Of a stretch of 64,000 bases of DNA, positions 43,544 to 56,386 are shown in pieces; the first letter of the stretch is position 1, and each line of letters starts with the position of its first letter. The DNA comes from the human T2T-CHM13v2.0 reference genome, Homo sapiens. Below the pieces are notes generated by a model. It worked only from the letters and a program-made list of their open reading frames with translations. It searched no databases and was not told the origin of the DNA. Made by a program: the position numbers and the translations under genes. The DNA is taken from assembly GCF_009914755.1 (NCBI RefSeq), contig NC_060925.1; one strand, 5' to 3'.

Positions 43544-45344
43544 AGGCTGCAATAACAAAAGTCCTCGAAGTTAAGATTTTTTTTTTCTGTTTATGGTACA
43601 ATTTTAAAATCTCTTGCTCTATGGATGCGCATTCTCTAGTGACAGAGATGTCGTCTCCCTTAATTTGAACTTGCACTTGGCTTCAATTTCTCCATTGAAT
43701 CCTTAGAGTAATCTCTCTTTGGGCAGCCCAACAGGTTGGCAATAACATCTCTTGGAAGTAAAATGCATTAAAAGGCAGTTTCATTAAGTGATATAAAATC
43801 CATGTAACTCAAGTCTTCAACAGCCCTAGAAGTAAAATTTCCAGTATCTCATACAGTTCCTAAATTAATATTAATTTCATAGCAAGAGTGAGTTTCAAGC
43901 CAGTGTGAAAAATAAATGAATATTCATTTTTACACACAGTGGGAAGGAATCCACATCCTTGATCACCTTTCTCCAGTCTCTACCTTAATAGTTATGCTGG
44001 CTGAAAATATCCATAGGATATTTGTCCCTATCTTCCCAGTCCCATTACCTAAACATTCAGATCCAAGTCAATTATGGTCAAGGTTGTTCCATTAACAGAA
44101 AGCTAAATCTTACCCATAATGTCTGGGATTGGTCTTGCTTCCCTAAACCCTAGTATGGTATTTGATGGAGCTCAAATACACCTTAGGTATTTGTGCCCAC
44201 TGTGTTTACAGGTCTAAGAACAAGGAGGTGTTGTAAAACGTCAGTTTTCATTCCTGTCTCTCTTTCTGTGACTCTGCCTCGGGCATATAAATCTCCTCCC
44301 TCGGGGCCTGGAAACTATTATTCCAAAGTACCTCCCAGATTCTGAAAATTGTCACAGCTGCTGCATTCAGCTTCTTCTGAACTTTGATATTGACTTGAGG
44401 TAGCCTGAGTTTGCAATTTGCTATAATTCTTTGCCTATTTGATTGCAGACCACTCTTGTGGGCATCATCCAGAAAAGCAAACTAATCCCTATGGTGGATC
44501 TCATATCATTCTGGCTACCTCTGTCTCGGTTGCTGAGATTGAGCCTATGTTGCAGTTCTTTCCTTTCTCCCTCTTTCTTCCCTCCCTTCTTTTATGCCTT
44601 CATCCTTCCTTCCTACCTTCAACATTTGCAGGACATGTGTTTGGGGGTCTGTGGAAGGGGAAGCTTTACCTAAACAATGCTGTCAGAATTCTCTGTGTGT
44701 GGGTTCAATAATTTCCTTCAGGAATGAATGCTTTGCTGCTGACGTCCAATTGCACTCTTTGCTGCTGACATGATCTCTCTACTAGCATGACTGCAGGAAC
44801 TGTATGTCTAGATCTGCATCTGTCCAGGTCAGAGTCTTCTAGCTGATATCCATTCTGAGACATTCAGGGTTACCTAGAAATCAGCAGGAAAGCCTTAGAA
44901 TTCTCAGTTTCTTCATTTCATCATTTGTATGTGTAAGACACAGATATCTTCTTTACAAGTAGGGCCTACTGCAGTTCTATTTAAAGTGCCTAGCTAGGGA
45001 TTTTCTCCTCTTATCATTTATCTATTTACTTACAGACCAACTCAGAACATAAAATCTCTTTCTCATCCTTTCTCCCCAACACACACAAAAAAGTTTGTTT
45101 TAAGTAAAAAACAAATATTCATCCATTTTGATGAAATTGGAAAATACAAAAAGATAATAATTAATTACCATGAATAACATTTACTAATATTTTAATTTTT
45201 TTTCATGTTTCTTTTCAGTGCACACATGCACACACACGTGTGTGGTGTAAAGAATAGCTAAAATGTATTGAGCAACAACTATAAGCTAGGATTTATATTA
45301 AGCATTTTACATACATTTGACCCTCACAACAACCATAAGAAGTC

Positions 45345-45798
45345 ATGTGGAAAGAATTGGTTTTGTTTTTGTCTGCAGGCATCATTCCTCCTTTCAATGG
45401 GCGACAGCTCTGTGATCTCGCCTTAGGCCTGCAATCTATGTGGGGCAGCCAGTCTAGGTGCTCTACCCTCTTCTGGGAAAGGGTTAGACAAAATCCCAAA
45501 ACAGGCCAGTCAGATGCTCCCCCTGGAATTGGAATCTTGAACAGAATGACTCAGAAAGACTGAGCAGCCATTTTATCCTACTCATCCAGGTGGTGGTATC
45601 CTGAAAAGACTCCCATAGTTTTTGCTACCTAGATCCAATGAGCTATTTTGGGACCTGCACTTTCCCATGCTGGGTTCTTCAGCTCTTCCTCTGAACCTGT
45701 GAACCCTCTTGTATTCTTCCAAAAACATTTAAAAAAAAAAATAAGCTACCAGGTTTGGTTTCTCCCACTTACCACCAAAAAAATTCCTAATCAATACA
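45345..45798 (+). mobile_element. Old MaLR/ERVL-type LTR inserted in a MIR
   Basis: Ends ggtttct...ttaccacc...cctaatcaataca; reverse MIR halves on both sides. Confidence 0.5.
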
Positions 45799-46338
45799 GA
45801 AATACACAGAAATATACTAGTATTATCCCAGCTTAGAGAGACTGAAACTGAGCTTTAATGAAATTGTCATTTGCTCAAGATCACCCAGGCAATACGAAGT
45901 GATATCAGGTCTCTATAACACTAAACTTTGGGCTTAATTTTAGCCAACTCTCTTCTCAATGTCCCTCTGTATGGATGCATAAGCATGCACGCATGCGTGG
46001 GCACACATGTGTATGTGTGCATGTATTCCTATATATATTCTTCACAGTTGAGATTCTACCATATTCATAATTTTAAACATTTTCAGGCTTTACTCCTTTT
46101 TCATGACAATAAAATCACGGTAGAAAATTTCAAATTCACTGGAAATTACAAAGAAGGTAAAACTCACCCATTATTCCAATACCTAGACATTATCATCATC
46201 ACTATCAACATCTTGGTATATTTTCTGTAGTCTCTTTCTTTTTTTCTCTCTCTGGGGGTGTATGTATACAGTATATATACACACACCCAGGCACACCCAA
46301 ATAGGGATCCACACATAAATATATATTTACATACATAC

Positions 46339-46483
46339 ATTTATTTATTTATTTATTCAAGGTAATGACGGGTTCTCTCTATGTTGCCCAGGCTGATCTC
46401 AAACTCCTGGACTCAAGTGATCCTCCCACCACCTCAGCCTCCCAAAGTGCCGGCATTACAGGCTTGAGCCATTGCACCTGGCC
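46339..46483 (-). mobile_element. FLAM_C-like Alu monomer
   Basis: Single left arm with (TTTA)n tail. Confidence 0.85.
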
Positions 46484-48463
46484 CATATATTTATGTATAT
46501 GTTGGGATCTATGCTGTATGCACAGATTGCATAATGGCTTTTTTTCTTAACATTATGTGATAAGCATTTTCCTGAATAAACTTATTTTAAAATATTTTAA
46601 TGCCTATGATACATTTCATTGTTTAAATATAACTTACTGTGTTTAATCACTTCTCTTTCAGACATTTAATAGCTGTTTCTTTTCCTTTTTGCTTGATAAA
46701 TAGTACTGCAATCAACAACTTTGTTGGCATATGATTATTTTCTTAGAATAGATTCTGAAAGTGAACTTACTGGCTTAAAGACTTTGAACATTTTAAAGGC
46801 TCTTGATATATATTGTCAAAAAACTTTGTACCCATTTATAATCCCACAGCTAGGGTTTAAGAGTTAGTTTCACTCAACTCCCCAAACATGGATGCCAACT
46901 TCTAAAGAACTGATGCCAATTTAATAGTTGGAAATGATAACTTATGTTGTATTTGGCATTTCTTCTAAAGTCTTTTTTTCTGATTATAAAGTAATATAAG
47001 CTAATTGTAGAAAGCCTAGAAAATATGGAAGATTAGAAAAATAGTCATTTTTCATTTGTATATAAATATAACAACAGTTTTATGATTATTCCTTTGTCTT
47101 CTTCCTGTGTATATATTAAAATACATACCTAATATTTATAATATTGAGGTCATATGGCTGATACTTTCATCTAAATTTTATTTAATAGTATACATTGTGA
47201 CAACTTTCCTGAGTTATCAAATATTCTCCAGAGCACTGAATCTGCTGTAAAATATTTAGCCTTCCTTGCTTATTGGGCATTGTATCAATCGATTATACAA
47301 TTGATCAATACATAGCATTGCCATACATATCATTGTTCAAAGCCTCCAAATGCACTTCTGATGATTTCAACAGAATTTATGACTGACGCAGAATAAATTG
47401 GAATCATGGGTTTAAATGATATGGATATTTTAAAGTTTCTTGATAAAAATTGTTAAATTTTTCCTTCCCTGATAATTTACTCTCTATAAAGTCCAGAAGC
47501 ATAACTTAATTGCCCCCCCCACCAAGTTACTCTCACGAATTATTTTATTTGAGAAATTTGGTCACTTGTGGCTCTCAGTGATAAATATGTTGAGAAGTTT
47601 CCCATATGTATAGATGATAATAGTAACTCATATTTACAAAGTTTATAATTTACATTTACCATGTATGTTTACATTTTAATTACAATGATCTTAGGAATGT
47701 GGAGGTTGGGGGCTATAGGAGAGCAGCCAGTGGGGAATAAAGTCAAGATTCAGACCAGGTCTTCAATTCCTAAATCTTGTAGTTTTAATTAAATCACATT
47801 ACCAATGTACCTAGTTCCAGCATATAAAGTGACTCCAGAGGCGTTAAGAAAGTTCTGGAATAATGTTAAGGGAGTCAATAGCAAACGTACATACTGTATT
47901 TTTAGAATGAGACTGATTTACACTTGGGGGCTTTTAATTGCAGTCGTCCATCAGTTTTAAATTTTCAGTGTCTAAATATAAAAACGCAGCAATATAAAAA
48001 AAAGCCAGCTGTTTTCTTACTCAGAGCATGAATTGATGAGTTTATGAATGAGTGAAGTGACAGCAAGACTAAGAATAGTCTAGCCCTTTTCAATCACCTA
48101 AGCCATCTATCAATACCTTGGAGAGCTTCCAATTTCAGGTCACCTCCCCCGACCCCCCTCCACCCCACAACATTCTCGGAAAAAGCAAATTTTCAACTGA
48201 CAAAGGAAAATGGATACATTAATATCTTCCATGTTTTTCAAAACATTTCGTTTATTTTGCTACTTGAAAACGGTCTTCCCTTTTGCCCCATGTAAAATAA
48301 AATTGCTCATGATCTATGGTCCCGTGAGAGCTTATTTAAGGAGCACTGACGGATTCTATTTTCCTTATTAATGTGGCATATTTGCCACGTGTGCAAATGA
48401 AAACATCCCTTTCCAATGAGTGCCTAGGAGGAAATCAGCTCTTCCTTCCTCGAAGAGTTTTAA

Positions 48464-48799
<336 letters not shown>

Positions 48800-48962
48800 G
48801 GTAGGATCTATTTCTGAAGACAATGTGGAAGCAGAGTGTGGGCCCTCCACAGGTGTAGCGAGGCGGCGTGCTACCGCGAAGAAGGAGGGAAGACGCCTGA
48901 GCCCAGCCGGTGCCCTGCTGCCCCTCTGCCTCTTCGGCCACTGGGGCTGAGCTTCAGCCTTA

Positions 48963-49194
48963 CCAATCCCCGCCGCGCACGCGCGCTCGCTTCCCGCGCG
49001 CAACCTCCCACCCCCGCCCTCACTGCACCTGCCAGGTCATAAACCTCTTCCCACCCACTCTCACTCTCTACCCAAGGCTCAGGCTTGTCTCACGTTGATT
49101 GGCCAGAGCCCACGAGGGCACGTCCAATCAGCAATCCCCCCTGCGCAACCTATCCCGGTTCTTCCCGCCCCCGCCCCGCCCCGCCCGCCCCCCC
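48963..49194. promoter_or_regulatory. Proximal promoter motifs: CCAAT boxes, NRF1-type site, GC-box (Sp/KLF) array
   Basis: CCAAT 48963-48967, ATTGG 49098-49102, CCAAT 49124-49128. CGCGCACGCGCG 48974-48985 fits YGCGCAYGCGCR. Overlapping CCGCCC array at 49164-49194. Confidence 0.7.
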
Positions 49195-49559
49195 GGGTAC
49201 CTACCGTCTCTGTGACTGGTGCGCGGCCAGGTCACTCAGGGCGGCGGGGCGAGGTGTGCGGGAGTGGGCAGGACGGGTGGGAGGAGGGGAGGGGTGGGAG
49301 AAGGCGGGGCTCAGGTGCCTGGCAGCGCGGCCGGGGCCCAGGAAGGGGAGGGGGCGAACGCTGGAGCGAGGCGGGGGCGGGTGAGGAGGGGGTGACGCCG
49401 GACGCGTCGACAGCGCGAGGGTTCGCGCGTGAGCTGCGCGGGTCGGGCCTGGTACCGAGCTTTCCTGGGGGCTAGCAGGTCGTGGACGCCGGCTCCTGGA
49501 GGAGAGCCGGTAGGAGGGAGGTGAAGGTGTCCGCGGCGTCGTCGACGGCGGCGCCGGCC

Positions 49560-49622
49560 ATGGAGGAGACGCAGCCGCCGCCGCAGCCTAAGCTGCCCCT
49601 GTGCGACAGCCTCATGATCTGG
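49560..49622 (+). CDS. HOOK1: HOOK1 coding exon 1 (MEETQPPPQPKLPLCDSLMIW)
   Basis: ATG at 49560 in strong Kozak context (gccggccATGG), 21 codons, phase-0 donor TGG|gtgagt at 49623. The peptide matches the recalled N-terminus of human HOOK1. Confidence 0.97.
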
Positions 49623-52600
49623 GTGAGTGCGAGGAGGCGAGAGGGCGAGGGGGCCAGGGGGCCGAGGCGAGGAGCCTGGGGCGCCCGGTTCTCCCAGGTG
49701 AGCTGGGGCTACCTGCACAGGGTCCCGGCGCACCCTGCCCTTCTCACCTCGTGCCCTTGACCGAGAGAATGCCACCTGCGGGTCGACGGGCAGGTGTGTG
49801 GGCGCGGGTTGGTGTCCGGGGGTGGGGGTAAAGGAAGCTCTGGGAGCGTAACAGTGGAGGCTCTGGTCTCAACCAGAGGATTCGACCTGCCTGGTGCCCT
49901 AACAGCTGGGATATGAACCAAGCACCCATCCTCTTTTCTCCCCGCTGCCCCATTTTCTCCCCCTGAACAGCGCCCGAGCCCTCCACTTTCTGGATCGCCG
50001 ACTCTCTTGCCTTGGTCCGCTTGGGCGTGAAGACCCTTTCCGAAACCTAACCCTGCATCCTCAAACTACCTTGCTCTACCTGGACACAGGTGGCCAGGAG
50101 GTGGCTGGCTGTTTTAGTTCCCGGACCAATGCTCCTTCAGGACTCTAGAACATCCGATTTTGTAGAAGCCGCTTCAAAGAGATGTTTGTATTTCCCGTAT
50201 GGAGAAAAAGATGTGTTGGGAGTCGGGGGTCGTTTTCCCTTTTTCTCGCTGGCCCTCTCCTCCTCTAAATGGACAGCATTTTCTTTAAAGAAAATGAGTT
50301 GACATTTTTCTTTAGGATTTATCTGTGTTTAGGATTTTTGTTAATTTGTGTTGGGTCTGGACAGGCATATCTGTCCCCAGATTGTTCAATATTCCAGTCA
50401 GCAAAATGACATCCCACCTCTTAGAGTTACTTAGATATCAGTGCTGGCATTCAGGTGTGGTTCTTAACCCATATTGAGTAAAGATGGTGTTTGATGAGCC
50501 ACAAGGTGCTGTTGATGATGCTCATCCCAAACCAGTTGTTTAGTTGCGTCTAGGGGAGTGTGTGCAGATGGAATGTAAACAGACGGGATCAGGAGGCTGT
50601 AATCGGTTGAGATTCCCTAGTGATCTAATGCATCTAATTCCAAAGAATGAGAAATCTAGGTTTATGGAAATGTGTGAAGCCTATTGGAAATAGCCATAAT
50701 TTAAAGCATTTACACTTTGTAAGTAAATAACTTTTGCTTTTAGTGGAATGCAAATATTTAGGGTTTGTGAGTTAAAAGCAATTAGCTAACTGTTCAGCTG
50801 AATTTTCATTTGAAATAGGTATTGGGGTGGAAGTGCTGTATTTAAGACTGTCGTAGAAACAAGGCAACATTACTTTTAATGATTTGTTTTGTTAAAACAG
50901 ACTAATTAAAGGGTGTATCCGAATCTGCTACATTATTGTAAACCTCAATTGACTGAAGTGTTAAGCTTAGTCTTTATGATGTCATTGATTTACATGTGAG
51001 GTGGTGGAGAAGCACAGGATTTTCTTTTGTGTTGTAATATTTTAAAATATTATGTGACTGTATCCACTCTTTTAACCAGAATTTATTGACTTCCAATGTT
51101 GAGCTAGGCACTGGGGAGGACTGGAGTGGTAGCCAGAGCTGTGTGTAATTACAGTGGAAGGTAAAATTCCGTAAAAGCTGCAAATATGTTGTAAACCAAA
51201 TGATAAGGAATCACAGATAACAGAGTAAAATTGGTCGTTTTCTTCAGTCCTCTCTTGGGCTGCTGAGCACTGTGGAGAAAATTGAATGACCGTGCAAACT
51301 GTTGCCTCTACTAATGCTGTTACTGTCAAACGCACCTTTTCTCCTAACATTGCCCATACTTAAGAATAACCAGACAGTTTCTCTCACATTCCTCTTAGCA
51401 AACCTTTATCAGTATTCTACCTGAGCCCCCAACTCTTATTCCTCTGGGGCAAATGACCACCTCCTTATCCTTGGCTCTGGCTTTAGACTCCATCCCTTCC
51501 ACCTCTTTTAAAACGTTATTGTATCATTTGTTCCCTTTCTGTATTTACAACTACTTTCTCTCCATTGGCTCCTTTCTCTGTATGTATAAACTTGCTGAAG
51601 TATTCCCCTTTTTTAACAGAGAACAAAGAGCCACTATTCCGTGTTAAAGTCATACTGTATTTCCCCTTTCCTTCACAGTAAAATTTGAGTTGTTTTATTC
51701 TCACCCTTTATGCTTCACTCTCATTCAGTCTTCAACCCACTACCCTTGAGTTTCTTTCCTCTAAGACTTTCACTTCATTACCAGTTTGCTAAATCCACTA
51801 AGTGTTATATTACCATTTTCTTACTTGATGGTTCCTTTGTGAAATTATCTTGTCTTGGTTTCTGGTTATCTTGTCTGTTGCCTTTTCTTTACCTCTTTAG
51901 ATGATTTCCAGTGAAGTTTACTGTCTTTTTTTTTTAATTAACTAATTATTTTTGCCTTTGCCAGCAACCGCACTGTTGATCTTACCTCACCTACCCAACT
52001 TTCTCCAAACTCACCTCAAGCAACAGTTCTTCAAGCCTATCATGCTGCATTGACTTTCTATTTGTTGAAGAAGCTAAGCTGTTTTAATGCATCAGGGATT
52101 TTTTTCCCTCTACCTAGAATATTCTCTTTCTAGTTCTTCCAGTGGTTGGCTGCTTCCGTCATTCAGGTCTTGGGTCAGATGTTGCTTTTCAGGGACTCTT
52201 TGTTACAACCATTTCTAAAGTTTGTCTCCCACCCTTATCCCACTGTAACCTGTTAACCTCTTTCTGTCTTATCTATAACACAGTACTTTCTAAAGTAATC
52301 CAGTTGGCTTTTGGGATCAGAGCTCTTACATGACCTATTTTCTGCTCTGTCCCTAGGAGAACACTGACAACTATTGCCAATAAGACACCAAATCAAAGTG
52401 GTGATAGTAAATATCATTGCCTTGGTTCTCACCTCAGAGACTAGTGTTTCACCATTAAGTGTGATATAGCTTAGTTTTTTATAAATACTTGGGAGTGAAT
52501 TTTTAACTGGGTCATAGAGGATTGTTGGATTTCAGCAAGTAGAAATCAGTGGAAATTAGTTCTCCAGACACAGGGAAGAGACACTAGTAGTAAAACAAAT

Positions 52601-53578
52601 GGTCTCCTTTGGCTATAGATTAAAGGGAGATAGTGGAACACACACATTTGTCATGATAACCCTGGCTCAAAGATAGAAGATTAAAAAAAGTTATGATGGG
52701 GCCAAATCATGGAGATAAGACAGTTGGGAATAACTCTTCTTTCAGCGCTAGGAGGAGAATGGAGCCAACATCAACAGAATTAGAGAAGTCATCAAGAAAA
52801 GTTAGTTATGTGAAGGAATGCCTCTTGTGGCAATTTTTTAAAAATTGCATTTTATGATTTGGAACTCACCGTCTTAAAATAATTGGCTCTTAGAAATGTT
52901 GTACTGCTACTTAGCAGAAAATTCAGGGCAAAAGGGTAAATGTGGGTATCATTTACATGTTGGAGGACATGTATGAGAGTTTGAAGAAATGTTTGTATAA
53001 AGATAAATTTAATTCTGCTACTTGGTTCTGTGACATTGGAAATTTGTTTAATATCTTTGGACCTTACTTTCACCAATAAAATTAGAAGGTTGGACCAAAT
53101 ATATTTAAATGTTTTTCTTGGTTCTTGCATTCTTTGACAGGCAGATGAAGGAAAGAGTAATAATTAATATATGCCTAAATTTAGAAAATTATTAAAACCT
53201 CAATTATTTTTATGAAGATCTTAAAACTTAAAGCAATGGTTGTTTTTTTTGTAATGAGCAGCTGGAGGAGGAGAATATGAAAATAAAGTTGATCCAAGAT
53301 TGAGTTTTTGTTGGCTGTTGGTTGTGAAAACCCCATTTTCCTTGATTTCTGTGACATTTATATTAAAGTAGTTTAGGAACAGCATTTCCACATTTCTGAT
53401 TATTTGTTTTATTTAGAAATATAGAAGAGAGTAAGGTAATTATTTGCCAGAACACTGTGTTTAGCGGTAGACACCTGTGGAAACCCTGTCTGTCTTTTTT
53501 GGGTCACTCACTAAAAAGACTTTAGTTAGAAAGAATACATTTTCTTTTGTCTGCTTTGACCTCACTCGCCCCAATAAG

Positions 53579-53899
<321 letters not shown>

Positions 53900-54269
53900 T
53901 AAGCTTTTTAATTAATTCACTCTTCTTGGTTGTAAGCCTTTCAATTGAGTGAAATCAAATTACATTCTGTTTTCTAATTTATTTTGCAGCTATTTTAAGA
54001 ACTTCTCAGAGACACTCCAATGTCCATGGCAGGAAGGAGGGGAAATTGATTTTAATCTGAACATAGTGGTCATGGAGGTAGTCCCTTAGCATGTGTACCT
54101 CTTATTTTGCCTAGTATTCTGTGCCTCTGAAATTGTCCTTTTAAAATCATGAATTGTGTCAATTTTGTAAAAAGTTAATGATGTAACTTCTAAGTTACAC
54201 ATTAAAAGTTAATGTTTAAGTTGGAAGGGCTGAAAAGTGGAAGTCACAGTTTATTTTCCTTTTAAAGAT

Positions 54270-55320
54270 GCCCTAATTCTTGGAGTTTCTCTTCCCTGTA
54301 CATCCACCCAGTTGCAAAATCCTTCTTATTTTGTATTTTAAATATTCCATTAATTCATCATCTCCTCTCAGTCAATATTATGCTGATTCCCTCTACTCTA
54401 TTTTTGTCATCAGAGCCATTGCAGGAACCTTCTAACTGGTCTGCCTGACTCAGGCATAAAGCTACTCTGTGTCACTATCTGCTCTCCAAAATATGCCAAA
54501 GAATGTTACTCTTCCTTATTACTTTTCAGTGATTTTTCATCACCCAGAGCAGTGGTTCTCCAAAATTGACATATTTAAGAATCAGTTGGAGATTTTCTTA
54601 TTTAATATGTCTAGAGATTCTGATACATATTGTTTCTAGGCCCTATACTTGGAGAAACCCTGACTCATAGCTAATGTGCTAACAGCTGTTGAGCTTATGC
54701 CACATGCCAGGCCCTGATATAGGTATATTTGCTATTTCACTTAATTCCCCAACCATCTTGTGAGGTAGAAACTACTCTACTGTTTCTTATTATGTAGATA
54801 ATGCCATTAAGTGTAAAATAAGTCCAAGCTTCTTGTCATGGCCCTTTGGAGTCCTGTCTCTTTAACCCTGTTGGTTGTCACCCCTTCCCCAGCCTTCTTT
54901 GCACTGCAAATCCAGTGATACTGAACTGCATGTTCCCTAAAAATAATATCTCTTCTCATGTATCTGTACTTTTATCATATTCCTATTTCCTGAAGCTTTT
55001 TTTCCTTGACTATTTCTTTACTTAGAAAATATGCTACTCTTCCCTCTAGACCTTCCATTCAGAAATCATCTCCGAGAAGCCTTTCCTAAATACAAACCCT
55101 AATTAGATTAGTTGACACCCATTTTTTGCAGAACATTTTGTGCATACTGTAATCATGGGACTTACCATATTGTCTAGAAATGATTTATGTCTCTTCCTCC
55201 TCTCCTTAACTTTTGACTGAAGCTTTAAGGGTAGAAACCTGGTGGTTTTCCTTTGTAGCCCCATCATGTGCCACAGTGTCTCACATAGCGTAGGAGCTTA
55301 GTAAAGTGTCTCTGTGTGTT
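54270..55320 (+). mobile_element. L2 3' fragment with nested MER5-like (54550-54662) and MIR (54670-54800) pieces
   Basis: cttctaactggtctgcctg...agaagcctttcct...gactgaagctttaagggtaga...cacatagcgtaggagct. Confidence 0.6.
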
Positions 55321-56300
55321 TTGAAAATAACTGGCTAGGTTTAGTTTGCTGGTATCATTCATCTGTGTTGTGTTAGATAATGGAGGTCTGAATCTCCAGT
55401 TGCCAACTCTGAAAATGCACAGAACCATTAAAAGTGAATTATGGCGGGAGAGAATTTTATTGGATTAAGATAGTTAAATGGTAAACTAAGAAATTATTAG
55501 TGAACAGTGAAATGGGTGAGTATGTGTGGGAAAAGAGAATCATAGTATATTTAACTTAAGGTGTTTATAGGTTGAGATTACCTTTCTAGAAAGTTTATGA
55601 TCCATTTTAGCTCTGATGTAATTTGCTTTCTAAATTTTTTTCTATCTCATATTTGCTTATTGTAAAAAGAGGTTATTATTCCGCTTCTCTTCAATATATA
55701 CATGAATATTTAACAGATATATGTGAAAAGTTAGTATACCTAAAGCCAAAATAGATAGAAACAACTTGACGTGATAGATAGGGCTTGATTCTTCAAGACG
55801 TAAGGCCAATTTTTAGATAGGAAACAGAAGTCCTGTCTTATTTCAGAGCTCATGGATAAACTGTAAGTAGGTTTAGACTTGACATTTCTAGCCTTTGTTT
55901 TTCTATCAAATGATATGAGTGAAATTTTAAGTTGCAAATGTTGGGTTATCTTTAAGTTCTTTTTCTGATGTTCTGCTAAATATAGACAAAACACAAGACT
56001 AGAGTTATATACCTGGTTTTGTATTATTCCAAATTATGTATTACTTATGCATGGCATCAATATGTTCTAATGTCCTAGGCATGATTTTGTGAAATGTTTA
56101 GTTTATTTTTATAAAGTTACACAGCCATAGAGACATATTAGCATAGTTCCATTTGTTTGTCTGGGTCTACATTTAAACAAAACAGGACCATGTTTTTTTT
56201 TTTTGTTTTTTTTAGCTGTTTTCAATTTATGTTTGCATTTTGTAATGCTACCTTGTAGGTATAAAGAAGCAGTAAGATCATTTGATTTATGTCATTTTAG

Positions 56301-56386
56301 CTGCAGACATTCAATACTGCCTCACCTTGTCAAGATGTCAAACAGCTGACTAGTGGAGTTGCCATGGCACAAGTTCTTCATCAAAT
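56301..56386 (+). CDS. HOOK1: HOOK1 coding exon 2 (LQTFNTASPCQDVKQLTSGVAMAQVLHQ + AT), Hook/CH-like domain
   Basis: Acceptor tcattttag| at 56300, 86 nt open frame continuing exon 1, phase-2 donor AT|gtgagt at 56387. Confidence 0.97.

Larger units (their letters stand above)
48855..50050 (+). promoter_or_regulatory. HOOK1: CpG island / TATA-less promoter and 5' UTR of HOOK1
   Basis: Abrupt GC- and CpG-rich segment in an otherwise CpG-depleted AT-rich window, spanning exon 1. The exact TSS cannot be read from sequence. Confidence 0.93.

Noticed and set aside
49110-49128. CCACG-N9-CCAAT resembling an ER-stress element
   Set aside because: ERSE is CCAAT-N9-CCACG; the order here is reversed and it does not fit ERSE-II spacing.
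49085-49986. Several overlapping 70-154 aa ORFs on both strands in the CpG island
   Set aside because: Expected from stop-codon scarcity in GC-rich DNA, and many use non-ATG starts. Only the exon 1 frame is supported.
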